Positions 52,201-64,000 of a DNA stretch of 64,000 bases are shown one piece after another. Location: NCBI GenBank assembly GCA_002633005.1, contig NMRA01000354.1, positions 391,298-455,297 on the forward strand, given 5' to 3'. Both the position numbers and the translations under genes were made by a program. This DNA comes from Phoronis australis. Taxonomy: Eukaryota > Animalia > Phoronida. The notes below the pieces were generated by a model that ran no database searches, was not told the DNA's origin, and saw only the letters and a program-made list of their open reading frames with translations. The first letter of the stretch is position 1. Each line of letters opens with the position of its first letter.

Positions 52201-53555
52201 GAACGATATATTAAAGCTGACTGTGACTAAGGTATACCTTCCTAGACTTTGGTCGTATCAATATATCATCGTCACTGTCAGAGTCCTCGTTAGTCCTTAG
52301 ATCCCCATCCATTCTTGTATCACCAGGCTCACCCTCGTTAGACAAGTCACCCTCAGACACAGACATGTTCAGTTGAAGGCTCTGTGTTTCTCCTTCGTAA
52401 CTGTTTTCTTTTAGGTCAGACTTAGTTTTGACCAAGTCAACATTCTGCAAGACAACACACCAGAAAGGTCTTGGTAAACTTAAAGAACAAGACGTAGATA
52501 CTCTGATGTTCCGTTTTAGAAGCAGAGTAATCTGTTTCAGCAAGCCAAATATTTTATTTTTGTTTTGTAAATCCAGGTTTCTCCATTTGTTAAAAAAAAT
52601 ACAAGAGGATGCAACCATGCCAGACTGCACACAGCGCACACTATCAAAGGGTTTGTCTCCGTACATAATGGGCTTTAGAGAGATTTTCCCAATATTTTAA
52701 TTTTTACATTGAGAATTTATTTCTTGCATTTTAGAAATCTTTTTGTTGAAGTAAGTTATTGCAAGACTGAAAAGCCATGCATATTAAAAACACATTTGAT
52801 TTTAATCCAAATTTTTAACAATGACCTTGGCACTCTAAAGAGAAGAGGACAATGTGAGGTTAACACTTGAGGAGCGATGAAATATAACGTCACCTATTGG
52901 TCGGTTTCTTTTTTTCACTGATTCTTTAATCAACTGTTCTAGCTTCCACAATGTTGTGAACGTGTCACAACAAATTATCGGAACTGGTTGCATTTCATTA
53001 TACGACTTTAGTATTTTGATACTAACAAACCTAATGTTAGATCAGATTTTACAGTCAGAATCTCCCGAAAGATGTCAAATTAGCAAATAGCACATTTGTG
53101 CTTTATGAATGCACTATTCTCGATGCCAGACTTTTCTTTGTTACAACAACATGACATTTATTATACTGTTCTCCACTTAAATGGTTGCAACGGACAAGGT
53201 GTCGGTTGGCTCCCAGATTTTGTATGACTAAAAGTTTCACAAGGCAAGGTCAGGATGAATAAGGTAAATAACAATTAAGGATTACAAGAACTACCTGGGA
53301 GGTATGAAATTTCGAGGTCTATTGGATTTTTGGAGCTTAAACCACAGTGGTTCCTAGCTGTATTCAGGTATTGTTTAGCTGGCTGGCTAGCTATCACTGA
53401 TCAGTGTCTGTGGATCAGTGACAGTGGACACGATACACGATACGATAGTCGATAGTGAATGCCAGGCAAAAACAAAAAATACAAACTCTAAGTGGTTCAG
53501 TACTTACAGAATGCGACCCAAAATGCTGGTCAATCAGTCCCGGATCGCCCAACAT
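31249..53555 (-). CDS. CLSPN: Claspin (replication-checkpoint mediator). Exons 53508-53555, 52238-52444, 51446-51515, 51006-51058, 50152-50313, 49246-49354, 48760-48871, 47938-48594, 47219-47328, 45836-46068, 44754-44853, 43678-43842, 43326-43379, 42839-42981, 42069-42229, 41414-41547, 40363-40489, 39530-39665, 38064-38197, 37255-37428, 35908-36026, 35348-35472, 33266-33418, 32091-32249, 31249-31359
   Basis: Claspin motifs [29 protein letters not shown]...LDNEEGF and LPIEDSQDL; Chk1-binding repeats [10 protein letters not shown] and [10 protein letters not shown]; [30 protein letters not shown] and C-terminal SIFNLM*. The 25 exons sum to 3756 nt, in frame. The short first exons are less certain. 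Confidence 0.92.
33790..35280. repeat. Composite interspersed element of ~140-bp subrepeats in a Claspin intron, structurally like the 13.8-kb element
   Basis: Recurrent cactagggggcgacacagtag..aaatttcatgaaaat units and a duplicated gaggcggatgccagaaaacggac..aaaaataacaaaaatggc; ends in ggacgaggacgac. Confidence 0.65.
35461..35652. repeat. ~45-bp minisatellite derived from a Claspin acceptor/exon start
   Basis: About five units of catgtcttcatc(t/a)gaagaa..gaagaattatctatag. Confidence 0.75.
43933..44112. repeat. 28-bp tandem repeat, about 6 copies
   Basis: aagttataatgcccatatatgtaaatct units. Confidence 0.9.
44138..44294. repeat. Foldback inverted repeat with ~64-bp arms
   Basis: aaacattttaagactggtctgcac...aatgaacataag / cttatgttcatt...gtgcaggccagacttaaaatgttt. 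Confidence 0.85.
46123..46694. mobile_element. PIF/Harbinger-type MITE; a related left end occurs at about 13341-13500
   Basis: TAA|GGGCTGTTCCAGTAAAATCTGTATGGGAGGG...CCCTCCCACACAGATTTTGCTGGAACAGCCC|TAA; TIR of about 40 bp, 3-bp TAA TSD, subterminal ccaccc(g/a)taatttt motifs. Confidence 0.85.
47020..47218. repeat. ~60-bp minisatellite derived from a Claspin donor region
   Basis: Four units of taaatttgaacacacc(gttacctgaccagac); the last unit contains the donor at 47218. Confidence 0.8.
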
Positions 53556-54118
53556 TATGGAAACAGGATCGCTAAAATATGTTAAGCAGTAAACAGTCGT
53601 ATTGTCTTTATGTTTTACTTTGTGCACTTCAAGTTTTGGCGCTTTTCCTCCTCAGCAAGCCTACGTCATTTCCGTTTTCAAGTGTCAAAGTACAATCTTT
53701 CAAACATTGTATTGATTTTAATGTTTCTATAGTGAGTATATTTTGAAAGAATCCAAGTTAATAAAAAACACTTTTCATGGCTGATTTGCTCGATACGAAG
53801 TTTTATTCTATTACTTAAAACCGAAATTGCAACAGAAACAGCTTGGAATTAGAAGTTGTCTCCCACCAACAAAGCAGACACCGGAAACTGATCAATCCCA
53901 GGCGGATAAAATTATTGAATTTTGGTATTTGGCAAAAATAAAATCGATCGAAACGTCATGTTTGGCATATTTCTAAATGTTGTCGTCCCTTTTGGTGTTA
54001 TTAGTATTTTTTAAACTGCAAGCATCAATTTGTTTGAGAAATTGACTTAAGGTTGATGTTTTTAGCAGCACAGAATTCCAATTGCCACGCCGCGTTTTGA
54101 CAGCAGCCGCCACTGAGT
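53556..54118. promoter_or_regulatory. Bidirectional Claspin/FEZ promoter with an E2F site
   Basis: The two ATGs diverge 564 bp apart. TTTGGCGC at 53635-53642; TTTGAA (CHR-like) near 53741; ccggaa at 53881. Confidence 0.65.
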
Positions 54119-57100
54119 ATGAAGGATCTGAGAATGGCTGAGTTGCAGTTCGAAGCTCCACTCGCTTCATTTGAAGGTGACGAATGGAACGAATTTCATG
54201 ATTTCCAAACAAATGCTGATATACAGAATATGAACGAAGTAACTAACTTGAAAAATCTGACATTGAAATCCAATACAGATGTCGATAATGCGGACAATTT
54301 TAGTGAATCATTCAGCGGATCTCTCGAGGACTTGGTGAACAGTTTCGATGAGAAGATTACAAAATGCTTCAAAAATTTTGACGAGAGTACCGAGAAATAT
54401 GCTCCTGTTCAAGTCCGATCACAAGAGGAAATAATGAACGATTGCCAGTAAGTAATTTTGTTGTTATTCCGATCTTGTAAAATGGCTGTTCTTGACTAGC
54501 AGAACCTGGTTGATAGAATTTCTTTTAATTGGGTGAAAAAGGCACCGAATCGAATGGAGGACCGTGATTTAGAGAACTAGGCAATCACTGAATAACGGGT
54601 AGCTTATGTTATTTAGTGTATGAAACTGTTTCTCTAAGTCAAGGTCCAATATATCTGACTAGTGCCAAACAAAATTTTCTTGGTTGGCATTTCTAGACTT
54701 AGAGTGAGATAAATTACTCGGGTTGAGAGTGTGCATATTAAATATTGATGGTATCACTTTTCTTTGAAAGACAAAAGGGCCTTTCATACTAACGTCGACA
54801 CGTCGATGGTTTGGGAAGTTGTGGTCAGTATGAACGCTTAACTCTGGTCCTGGATAGCAGTTAACAGCTCCAGTTAACATCGCAGTTAACAGGTGGATTT
54901 AAGACCGCAGCGTCAACGCTGCGGTGCAGTATGAACTCTTAACTCCGGTCCAATCGAAGTTATCGCCAGGTGCCTCTGTTATCGGGAACAGTTACAAGGC
55001 AGTGCCATCACTATTAGCTGCTTATATTTTGCTGTAATAATAACTAGTCGATTTAAAAATAAGTTTAATGTCATTTAGCACATGTAAATGCTTCCAAATT
55101 GAAACATTGAAAATCTTAGCATGCAACGCTACCTTGCAATACCTTCGTTGACAACAGCGATACCAACGGCTTACTTCGATGTTCATTAACTACCGAAGCC
55201 AGTATGAACGGTCCAGTTAACTGCGCTGTTTATGTCGACGCTCCGCTCAGATCGGAGTGAAGTCAATATGAAAGGGCCTTGAGTGACCCCATCTTCAGCT
55301 TTAGGTGTGTGAGTACTGTAATTCAACAACCATAATATATGAAATACAGCACTGTACTGTCGAACCAAATTAACAACAAACCTCCCAGAGCTTTTCAATG
55401 TGTCATTTTTAACCAAAATTCACCAGTGACCAAATCAGGTTTTCTGAAAATAACGCAGGATTATTTTGAGGTGTGAAACCAAATTCTCTTGCTTGGGAGA
55501 TTGGCACAGGTTGAATATTGCTATCCCTGATTACGAGAACCACTTAAGTTTCATCCACTGAATATACAGGTGTATCATTCAGTGGGGATTGCCTGGTTTA
55601 CTTAATCAAAGGCCACTACATCAGATCAATGAAATTTTTTCTTCCTCACGAAAGGGAAATTCTCCTGATATGGTTCTTCCGATTTGAGAACTTGCTTTTG
55701 CAGGTAACAAGTAGCCACTTAGTCACATTGTAAGGCTGCACTACTCCCCATCAAGCCAGATTCCAGCTACTTAAGTAAGAAGTTTTCAGCTTGTGAAAAA
55801 AATACATTTATATTTAAAGATGTCGCTTATAGAAGCACCTACGCTTCATACTTTAAAATACCACTTATATAAGCACTTACTTTCTTCAACAGTCCTTTCT
55901 GGTTTTATGCATAACTTCATTTAGACAGTTGCACCGCCCTGACCAGAGGCAGTGATACTCCCCATTAAAAGTTACTAATTCGAAAATATAGCAAATAACA
56001 TCGAATGAAGCATGAGTTACTTACCGTAACAAGACAATTATGGTCAACATAGTCACGAAATTCTGTTGAGTTTCACTTAAACTTCGCTCGCTGGGCGTCA
56101 TTTTGAGGAAGTTACGTTCCCCAGTTTTAACTTGTGTGACGCCAGTGCTTATTGCGTGTGATAAAAAAGTTCACAGCGACCAGAAAGCGGAATTAGAATT
56201 CTTGGCAAAATCAATCTCAATTCCCATAGACATGCTTCACAGTGGGTAAGGCAACAAACAACCCCTACTAGTCTGTCATTGGGGCAACGGTAAACTCCAG
56301 ATCTAGATAAATTTGACAGACACAGCTTTATTATCGAGATTTAACTAACACTTTCAGAGAAAAAGAAGTATGTTACATCAATGTTGAAATGTGGGTTTGT
56401 TGACTGGGGTTTAGGTAATAGAAGCTAGAATGTAGAGATTCAGCCATGGAATTGTTTCCACCCACTGACTGACGGGCTTCTATATAATTTCTCTTTCACT
56501 TCAGCAATTCCAAATAAGTTGAGTTAACTTAACCATTTGATGATGTGGCTATATGAGACCATAAGCGACCAACTTTAAACCTAAGTGGCAGATGCTTGAA
56601 ACATTTTTATGCTGCCAAATCAAATCTTGCCCACCAGTGAATGGCTGTGTTACCAGTTGATTACAGAAATAAAATCAAAAGTCTTTAGCATTCGCCTTAG
56701 TTACTTTTCGTTCGCTTTTGAAGGGAGTGACCACCTACCCCTTCCCCCCAATCCTGCCTATGTCGTGTGGAAACATCTGTATTCGGAAATTAGCTGCTTT
56801 TGTTTGTGTGGGAACATTAGTGACAAACACAAAGTATTTAATCTTCTGTGATTGACCATAAATGAAACACAAAGAAACTCTTTTGTTCATCCTTGGTGTT
56901 CTGCTATCATAACACAAGAGGTAAGATTTTGTAATGTTTTAACTATACAAGTTTCAGTCGTTGAACGCTGGTTATTATGGCAGTTCGCTTTAGCTGAAGT
57001 GATATTTTTATGTTTTACCAGAAATAAACATTCCTTTTCAAAACGCCGATGTAGTTCTTGAGCAACAATAACATTAGATTTTCAGTAGAGTCAGTATACA

Positions 57101-60100
57101 AGCTTGCGATGTTTCTAACTTTTTTCAAGTGAAGGTGAAATCAACGTTCATATGTGAAGGACATTTCATTTTGTCAGTTGCTAGTGAAATCATAGATAAC
57201 CAGTTGTTTAAGGCGGGGTATACATTTCTCACCATTGTTTGAGATGACTGGCCAGGTTATTGATTGGACATATTGATCAGAGCATTCCTTAATGTAGACA
57301 AGGATGTTCCTTTATTGCCATAATTCCGAGAATTAAAGGTTTATATCCAAGCACTCTCCTTATCAATATTATACACAGGTATTACTTGAAAGTTAACATC
57401 TTTCCGATTAAATTATGCCAAAGAACTCATAGCTGTTTCCAGAATGTTGTTATATTACATAGCAAGTCATTGATCTGCTTAGTCTAGTTGACCTCGAAAG
57501 CTTCTTTCTGAATGTATCGAAATTTTTGATAAGTCTTGAGTCTCCTCTCCACCAACATGTCCTAACCTTGAACATTACATATGTGAGTGTGATAGTTGAG
57601 CACATTGCAAGTTCTCACCAATTTTGAACAAAAATAAGGGCTAAAACTGACCCTTCAGTTTTAAGGGGATTTTGAATTGTGAGTGTCACTCCAAATTTTT
57701 TCAAAATCCATATAACTGTGACACAGAACTGGAACGTTGTTTAAGCATTAGTTTGATGGTAGATATCTTTATGAAAAAGTAAACGATAATTTTACTTGTC
57801 CTGTGTTCAAAAGTGGATAGATTTTACAATAACAATTATTCTGTGGAGCAGCATTCCTCCACTTTTGACCCTGGCCACGATTTTGATCTTAGGTATTCTG
57901 TAACTTAAGTGCTGTCCACACTATGAATTGCCCTAGAACCACTTACACTAGGTTTAGTTGGTAGGTGAATGCTTATTTCCTTTGGAGCATCTTGACAGAC
58001 ATGTGACAACTTACCCACATTATTAAAGTTGAGTACCAGTAACCTGTTTAGGGTAAATTGCCCCATCAAGAGAAAGTCAGGAGTGTGTCTGCAAACCTGT
58101 AGACAAGGCGGAAATATTTATCAACTGTGCTCTTGCTCAGTTGCAGGCATGTAGATGTCTGATCCTGTGTGCGCCATATTTGTCTCCAGGTGTTGGGTGT
58201 GTAGTGTGGATGTTCATCGGAACGGGGACGAATTGCAGTGGGACAAACTTTCCTCTAGGTAACGCATAGTGTGGACCTAAGTGTTGATTTGCCATTTCTC
58301 AAAATTTGCCGCGCAATGTGTCTAGGTCTATCGTCGGACTGTCTCCAGCATTGGTAACTGCCGTTGCTTAATAGTTTGTGTATGTTGTTGTCATCTTTGC
58401 ACCATTTTGCTTCATGTTAAGTCTTATCTTTCACATTCTGAAGATTTTTAAATTGTGTTCTTGTGAAAATGTTAGACTCCCTTACTGTTTGTGGTAAAAT
58501 ATATCGCAACCAATTTTCGGAAAAATAATTGCCATTGGCTTATGGTAGCCGTGCTATAAAACTTTAAAATAATAATATTTATTTTATGCTTCTTATATTA
58601 TTTTATGAGAAAAGAAGAAAATCCACTTGTTCGACATATCATGTTTTTAAGTGATGAGATTTTACCACGTATCTTGTGTCTATTTTGTCTTCCTGATATC
58701 CTTTCAAACCAGTACACATTGTTGTAAGGTTAGACACTCTTTTAATCTGGGCTGTATACTTTTTATTGTGGACTGCTTGCAGTATTGATTTGACTGTTGT
58801 AAACTGGAAACTGACAAAACTAAGTACTTGTTCAAACAGTTATTGAATGGCTACTGTTGAGACAATATCATTTGTCATGAAAGTGTTGGAATCACATGCT
58901 GGCTCTGCCAGTTTCAGTATTCAAAAGTTTTGAGAAATTTGTAGTGTTAGACATTCACTGTTACGACACTTACCTAGAGTATAACAACTACATCCTCTGT
59001 TCACACAATTATGCTGACATCTCAAATTATAGAAATCTATCTATTAATGGAGCCAAACGAAAATTCACAACAAACAACCCAGTCTAAGTTTTGGCCATGC
59101 GTGCCCTTGATTTCATGTCCTATGCAAGTTAGTTCTATTGTATTAGCACAGTCGAGGAGAAAATTAACAGGTTCTCACAGTCAAATCTTGTCCTACCAGT
59201 GTCTTGCGGTTTGTCCAAACTTTAGATTTCTACTAACTGGTCCAATATCTAATTGCCATCCTTATTGGCTCACTTTTATGATTGATTTTATGTTGATGTA
59301 TGTTTTGTTTTATTTACAATCCTGAATCGTTTGATTCCCTTTATAAAGGCCCTTTCATATTGACTTAACTCCAGTCTGAGGGGAGCGTCGACGTAAACGG
59401 CGCAGTTAACTGGACCGTTCATACTGGCTTCGGTAGTTAATGAACATCAAAGTAAGCAGTTGTGTGCCGCTGTCGTCATCGAAGTTATCGCAAGGTAGCG
59501 TTGCACGCTAAGATTTTTTTCAATGTTTCAATTTGGAAATATTTACATGTGCTAAGTGACATTAAACTTATTTTTAAATCGATTGCAAAATATAAGCAGC
59601 TATTAGTGACAGCGCTACCTTGTAACTGTTGGCGATAACAGTGGCACCTGGCGATAACTTCGATTGGACCGGAGTTAAGCATTCATACTGCATCGCAGCG
59701 CAGGCCTGTATGCAGCGTACGTCCATTTGGACGCCCTAGCACTAATCTGGAGGCCCTGGCAAGGACGTCCAGTGTATCTTTTGGACGCCCACTGTCAATA
59801 AGAACCTTTTGAGTTTGGACTCACACATTGTAATGAATACTAGGAAGGCTCTGAAGGCTCACAGTGGGGGGGCTCTTTTTTCAAAGCAGGAAGAAATATA
59901 CAATGTTGCTATGTTCACACTTGATTGATAGCATTGTAAAAGTCTTGGTCTACATTTTTTTTAGTAAAAATGCTTACCACTGAAGGCTGTTTTGTAAACT
60001 TGTAAAAACCTTGGTCTATGCATTTTTTGTAAAAACATCTGTGTGTTTGGGGGGATTGTTGGGGGTGGGGGGTTACGCGTTGGAATCATGGATGCCCTGG

Positions 60101-63100
60101 AATATTGGGAACCCTATTTTGGACACCCTATTTTCGAAATCCTGGATAAAGGCCTGCCGCAGTGTCGACGCTGCGGTCTTAAATCCACCTGTTAACTGCG
60201 ATGTTAATTGGAGCTGTTAACTGCGATCCAGGACTGTTCATACTGACCGCAACTCCCCAAACCATCGACGCGTCGACGTTAGTATGACAGGCCCTTGTAC
60301 AAGACACCTTTTAGATGATAAAAGTTTTAAATGTGCTTCAGGCCATAAGTTATATTTTTCCCCTATTTAGCTGGGTAAAAACGAAAATCAGACGAGACCA
60401 TATACTCTTATAAACTCGACCTTCTAATATTCCTTTAACCAAGTACCATTACCAACAAGAACATTGAAGCCATCAGTGACTAAAGAATATGCTTCAGAGA
60501 TTCCTAAAGTTAACTAACCTTAAAATTGCAGATTGAAAAATCCCCCCCACCCCAGCCTGTGACTTGAGCTGTCTGTGACTTGAGCTGTCTGTGACTTGAG
60601 TTGTCTGTGACTTGAGTTTTCTGTGACTTGAGTTGTCTGTGACTCAAGTTGAATTGTCTGTGACTTGAGTTGCTTATGACTTGAGTTGTCTGTGACTTGA
60701 GTTGCCGTCACGATTAAAAATTGAATAAGCATGGTAACGTTTTCAAACCCCAAAGCACTTCAGCTAAAAACTCAGCATTGACAGTTAAACAGCGTTGAAA
60801 TGCCCCTTTAAATGTTATTTGTATTATTTTATATTTGCATTGCATCTTATTACCCTGTTGACGTTTAAGTGGTTTTAACTTTTAAAACGGATTTAAAGCT
60901 TATAACTCTCAGTCTGAACACTTCGAAACCATTTTTAAAAGTTGTAGCTACTGCGGTTACAATCTTCTGAGGGTGGTTTGGCGAGAGGTCATTACCGTTG
61001 AAAACTGGGTGGACACGACAATTGCAAAAGCTAGTACTCAGTAGGTCGCGCTGTTGTCAAATCTTGTTGGAAAAAATGGCGCTCCGAGGCCCTCACTAGT
61101 AATGGTGAGTCAGAAAGGGATGGCAATGATGACTGGCTACTAAAACCAGGAACTAATGTTAAAACAGTTATCCGTGTGAGACCAGGGTTGTATAACAGAA
61201 CTGTAGGTGATACAATGGAAATAGTTTGTCTAAACACAGCTTCTTCCACATTGGAACTAGACGTATGTTTTGATTTCGTTGGAAAAAGTGCGGTCTAATA
61301 TTCCATGTCCTCTACTATATAATGTAGGGCTGTAGACATTTAGTGGTGACTAACGTTCAGGAGTCAGGTCATAGCACGATTATTCACGTCAATATGACAC
61401 AGAATCAATACTCCTCTCCTGGGAGTTTCTCAAATATGTTTATAGTAGGGTTTCAGTAGTGGCTTCCTATTGTTTTGTTGTTCAAAGAAAACGACTAAAA
61501 ATTATATGTTCTCAAAAGTTTAACCTCTGGCTGTCCTTGGAAATGTACTTGTGTTGTGTCTAATCAGCTCTGATTGACAATGCTTGTGGGTATTATAAAA
61601 TGGTGGAAATGTTTTCATTTATGGAGAGGAAAATGAGCAAATAATGTAAATCAACTTCCTGCAAGGCATGTTGGTTTATGAGTGCCATCCATCATATTCT
61701 CTACCGAATGATTATAGTTATGTTGTATACATATCCACAGAACGAAAGGCCGAAAGTAGTTGCATTGAATAGGGGTTTAAGATAGAACACCGTAAGGATT
61801 CTCCCAGTTGCAATTACGGCACATGTAGATGAATGTAAGTCAATGAAATCAGACCATCAGGGCCCTTACGCACCTGAGGGGAAAGGTTCTCGTGTTTCTG
61901 AGAGGAATTTTTGGTTGGGGGGGGGGTTCTAAACTTGAGGGGAATTTTTTAATCATTTCTGGGGAATTTTTAAACCTGATGAGGGTTTCACAAAATTTTA
62001 AAAAATTTTCGTAGGGAAATAACAATTTATGGCATTGATGTGATCAGAGTGATATTCAAAAGCAACCAATATCACGCCGTGTGTTACCATTCAAGTTAGG
62101 ATTTATAGTTCTTACAAACTTTTCACAGCTTGCAAGTCTAGCAAATGAAAACAATTAAACGAACTCATATCGGTGAAACTATGTTTAAAGATTAATCGTG
62201 TGGTTTTTTAAAAAATATTTTATTTTACTTTTATATGCAGTGTTGTCATACTGGCGACATAATGAAAATAAGGGAAACATTTTTTCACTGTTTGCCCATG
62301 ACGCATATAAAGGTAGAGCTTGAGAAGTGTTTTGGTGCCAAATGTGATCTTCCTCTTTTGTAACAGAATTTTAAGGAACTGAATCTGTTTTTCAATAGCC
62401 TAATTAATACCATACAGGTGCATGCATTGAAGATCAAATTTCTTTCATCCACTATGACCATTCAACACTAATTTCACTACACAGCGTATTCAAACGATCA
62501 GTTGGCAAATTTAAGAAATTTTTAGACATAGTAAACCTCCTTGTCACTTCTTTAAAACTTGGATTAAACTCGTCTCCAGGCAACATACTTTTTAACCAAT
62601 CGTATCAATCTTACCTTGAAAGCCAGAACGATTGAACATTTTTGTGGCATCCTGCTTTCACTACATTCAAGCTCAGAGTGAAGTTTCACCTCGGCTAGTC
62701 GCCAAAGGGAAATGCTGCACATCATTGTCAAGTGAACGCGTTGTGAAACTTTTGTGATATGTAACCACTGTTTATTGTAAATATAGATCATGTACCGCGA
62801 GACTGTCATTGTCGTGGCCTTGAGAACTAATTCTTAGTTCGAAGTATGCAAACTTGACAATTTAAGATGTATTTTGAATTCATTGAATGGGAGATGCGAT
62901 GGAGACGATTGCCAAGATATCAGTGCCTATCTACATAGGCTTGGAGTTTGACCGGATAGCCTAAGTGTTTTAATTTATTCAAACATAAAGGAAACCTGCC
63001 AAATTCATTGCAAAAGCTATATATCCTATATATAGTAATGTTCATGATAAGGTAACATGGAAATAGACAAAGAACTTTGTATTGAATGAGCATGCAGTTG

Positions 63101-63597
63101 ATTGTGCGTCACAAGCCATCATGTCGCACTAATCAGACAGTGTGAGGGAGAACATGTTGGACGAAATGCCCTCTGTGGGGAAAAGAACTTGGTAATCTGG
63201 AGATTCTGACAATGGTCTTGTAATGAGGAACACAAACCCAAGAATGATAAATTTTACGGATCTGCTATTGATGAATGCATTGCTACGCAGTCAACCACTA
63301 GTAGAATTAAATAAAATGTGAAATTTTTTAAATGTGAAATTCAACATTTTTTATTTCAGCGTGACATCAATAAGCGTGCAATTAATCTTTGAAGTAACTA
63401 AGTTTTGTCTCGCATTATATGTCCAGACATTTTTATGTAGCTTAGAAACTGGCGATTCGCTGATATTTCATCATTCTCTTTATTTCAGAATGTGGTGGAC
63501 AATCACGGGTAACTTTGGTAACATTCTCCCCATCGACTGGTCCAAGTCGTACACCCGTGAACTGACCACCAAGGCTTTGAACCTTGGAGAGAAGAGG
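54119..63597 (+). CDS. FEZ: Fasciculation and elongation protein zeta / UNC-76 kinesin-1 adaptor; first two coding exons (54119-54447, 63489-63597), continuing beyond the window
   Basis: MAELQFEAPLA, SGSLEDLVNSFDEKITKCF and QEEIMNDCQ|MWWTITGNFGNILPIDWSKSYTR are typical of invertebrate UNC-76/FEZ. The phase-2 junction CA|gtaagt...ttcag|A is consistent. Confidence 0.9.
54777..55278 (+). mobile_element. MITE with GGGCC-type TIRs (Harbinger-like), copy 1
   Basis: gggcctttcatact ... aatatgaaagggcc; repeated internal cagtatgaa and cagttaac motifs. Confidence 0.8.
59348..60294 (-). mobile_element. Inverted second copy of the 54777-55278 MITE, interrupted by a nested element
   Basis: Collinear reverse complement over 59348-59700 and 60157-60294. 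Confidence 0.85.
59701..60156. mobile_element. hAT-type MITE nested inside the inverted MITE
   Basis: TIR caggcctgtatgcag / ctggataaaggcctg (15 bp, 2 mismatches); 8-bp TSD tcgcagcg / ccgcagtg; subterminal ggacgccc-like motifs. Confidence 0.85.
60557..60707. repeat. 16-bp tandem repeat, about 9 copies
   Basis: ctgtgacttgagttgt units. Confidence 0.9.
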
Positions 63598-64000
63598 GTG
63601 AGTCATTCTTCTGATTCAACCGGTTGCCATGGACACGCTAACTTACTGGCAAAATGCAATTTGCTTGCCACCACATCTAGTGTATTGATTGTGTGAGCTG
63701 TGAGAGTATTTCAATCTCCCACTCTGAGATATTGTTTAGCTTGACTCATAGAGGCCATGGATCCCTGTTTCTGGACCTTTCTTAAGGTTCCTAATGAATA
63801 CCATGATAGTTGGCTAGTGGAATTTACAAGAACTGGGATCTACAAAAACCACAACCACGGTTCCTTAGGTGTTAGTTTGTTAATTGCAAAACAGGTGGTA
63901 ATCTGAAAATGTTGCTGTCAGCTTGTAGTATATTCTGTTATTAGGATTAGTATGGCGTTTGTTTTCACTTGATGGTAACAGGGAACAGCAAGAAACTGAA

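Noticed and set aside
58696-58705. ATATCCTTT, a perfect U12 AT-AC donor motif in the FEZ intron
   Set aside because: There is no supported upstream exon or matching branch/AC site, and the FEZ exons join well as GT-AG.

Overview
AT-rich, intron-rich genomic DNA from a non-vertebrate animal (the exact taxon cannot be determined from this window). It is not a prokaryotic or accessory island. Hand-splicing gives four conserved genes: the last three exons of RBM34 (+, to 2421), a complete ARID4 gene (-, 28711..6283, about 1525 aa), a complete 25-exon Claspin gene (-, 53555..31249, about 1251 aa), and the first two coding exons of FEZ/UNC-76 (+, from 54119), head-to-head with Claspin. Introns carry many non-autonomous DNA transposons and minisatellites. 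Highlights: a clear U12-type minor intron in RBM34; a 3.2-3.5 kb three-exon tandem duplication in ARID4 joined at an 'n' (most likely uncollapsed haplotypes); an ARID4 cassette exon built from a SUMO-consensus octapeptide array that begins with an AG|GTAAG motif; a candidate spliced 65-aa ORF or lncRNA divergent from the ARID4 promoter; a predicted alternative-splicing switch in Claspin; minisatellites anchored on splice junctions; and nested/inverted MITEs. I cannot support a wholly new multi-gene system. All coordinates were read by eye and gene identities come from recognising motifs, not from database searches.
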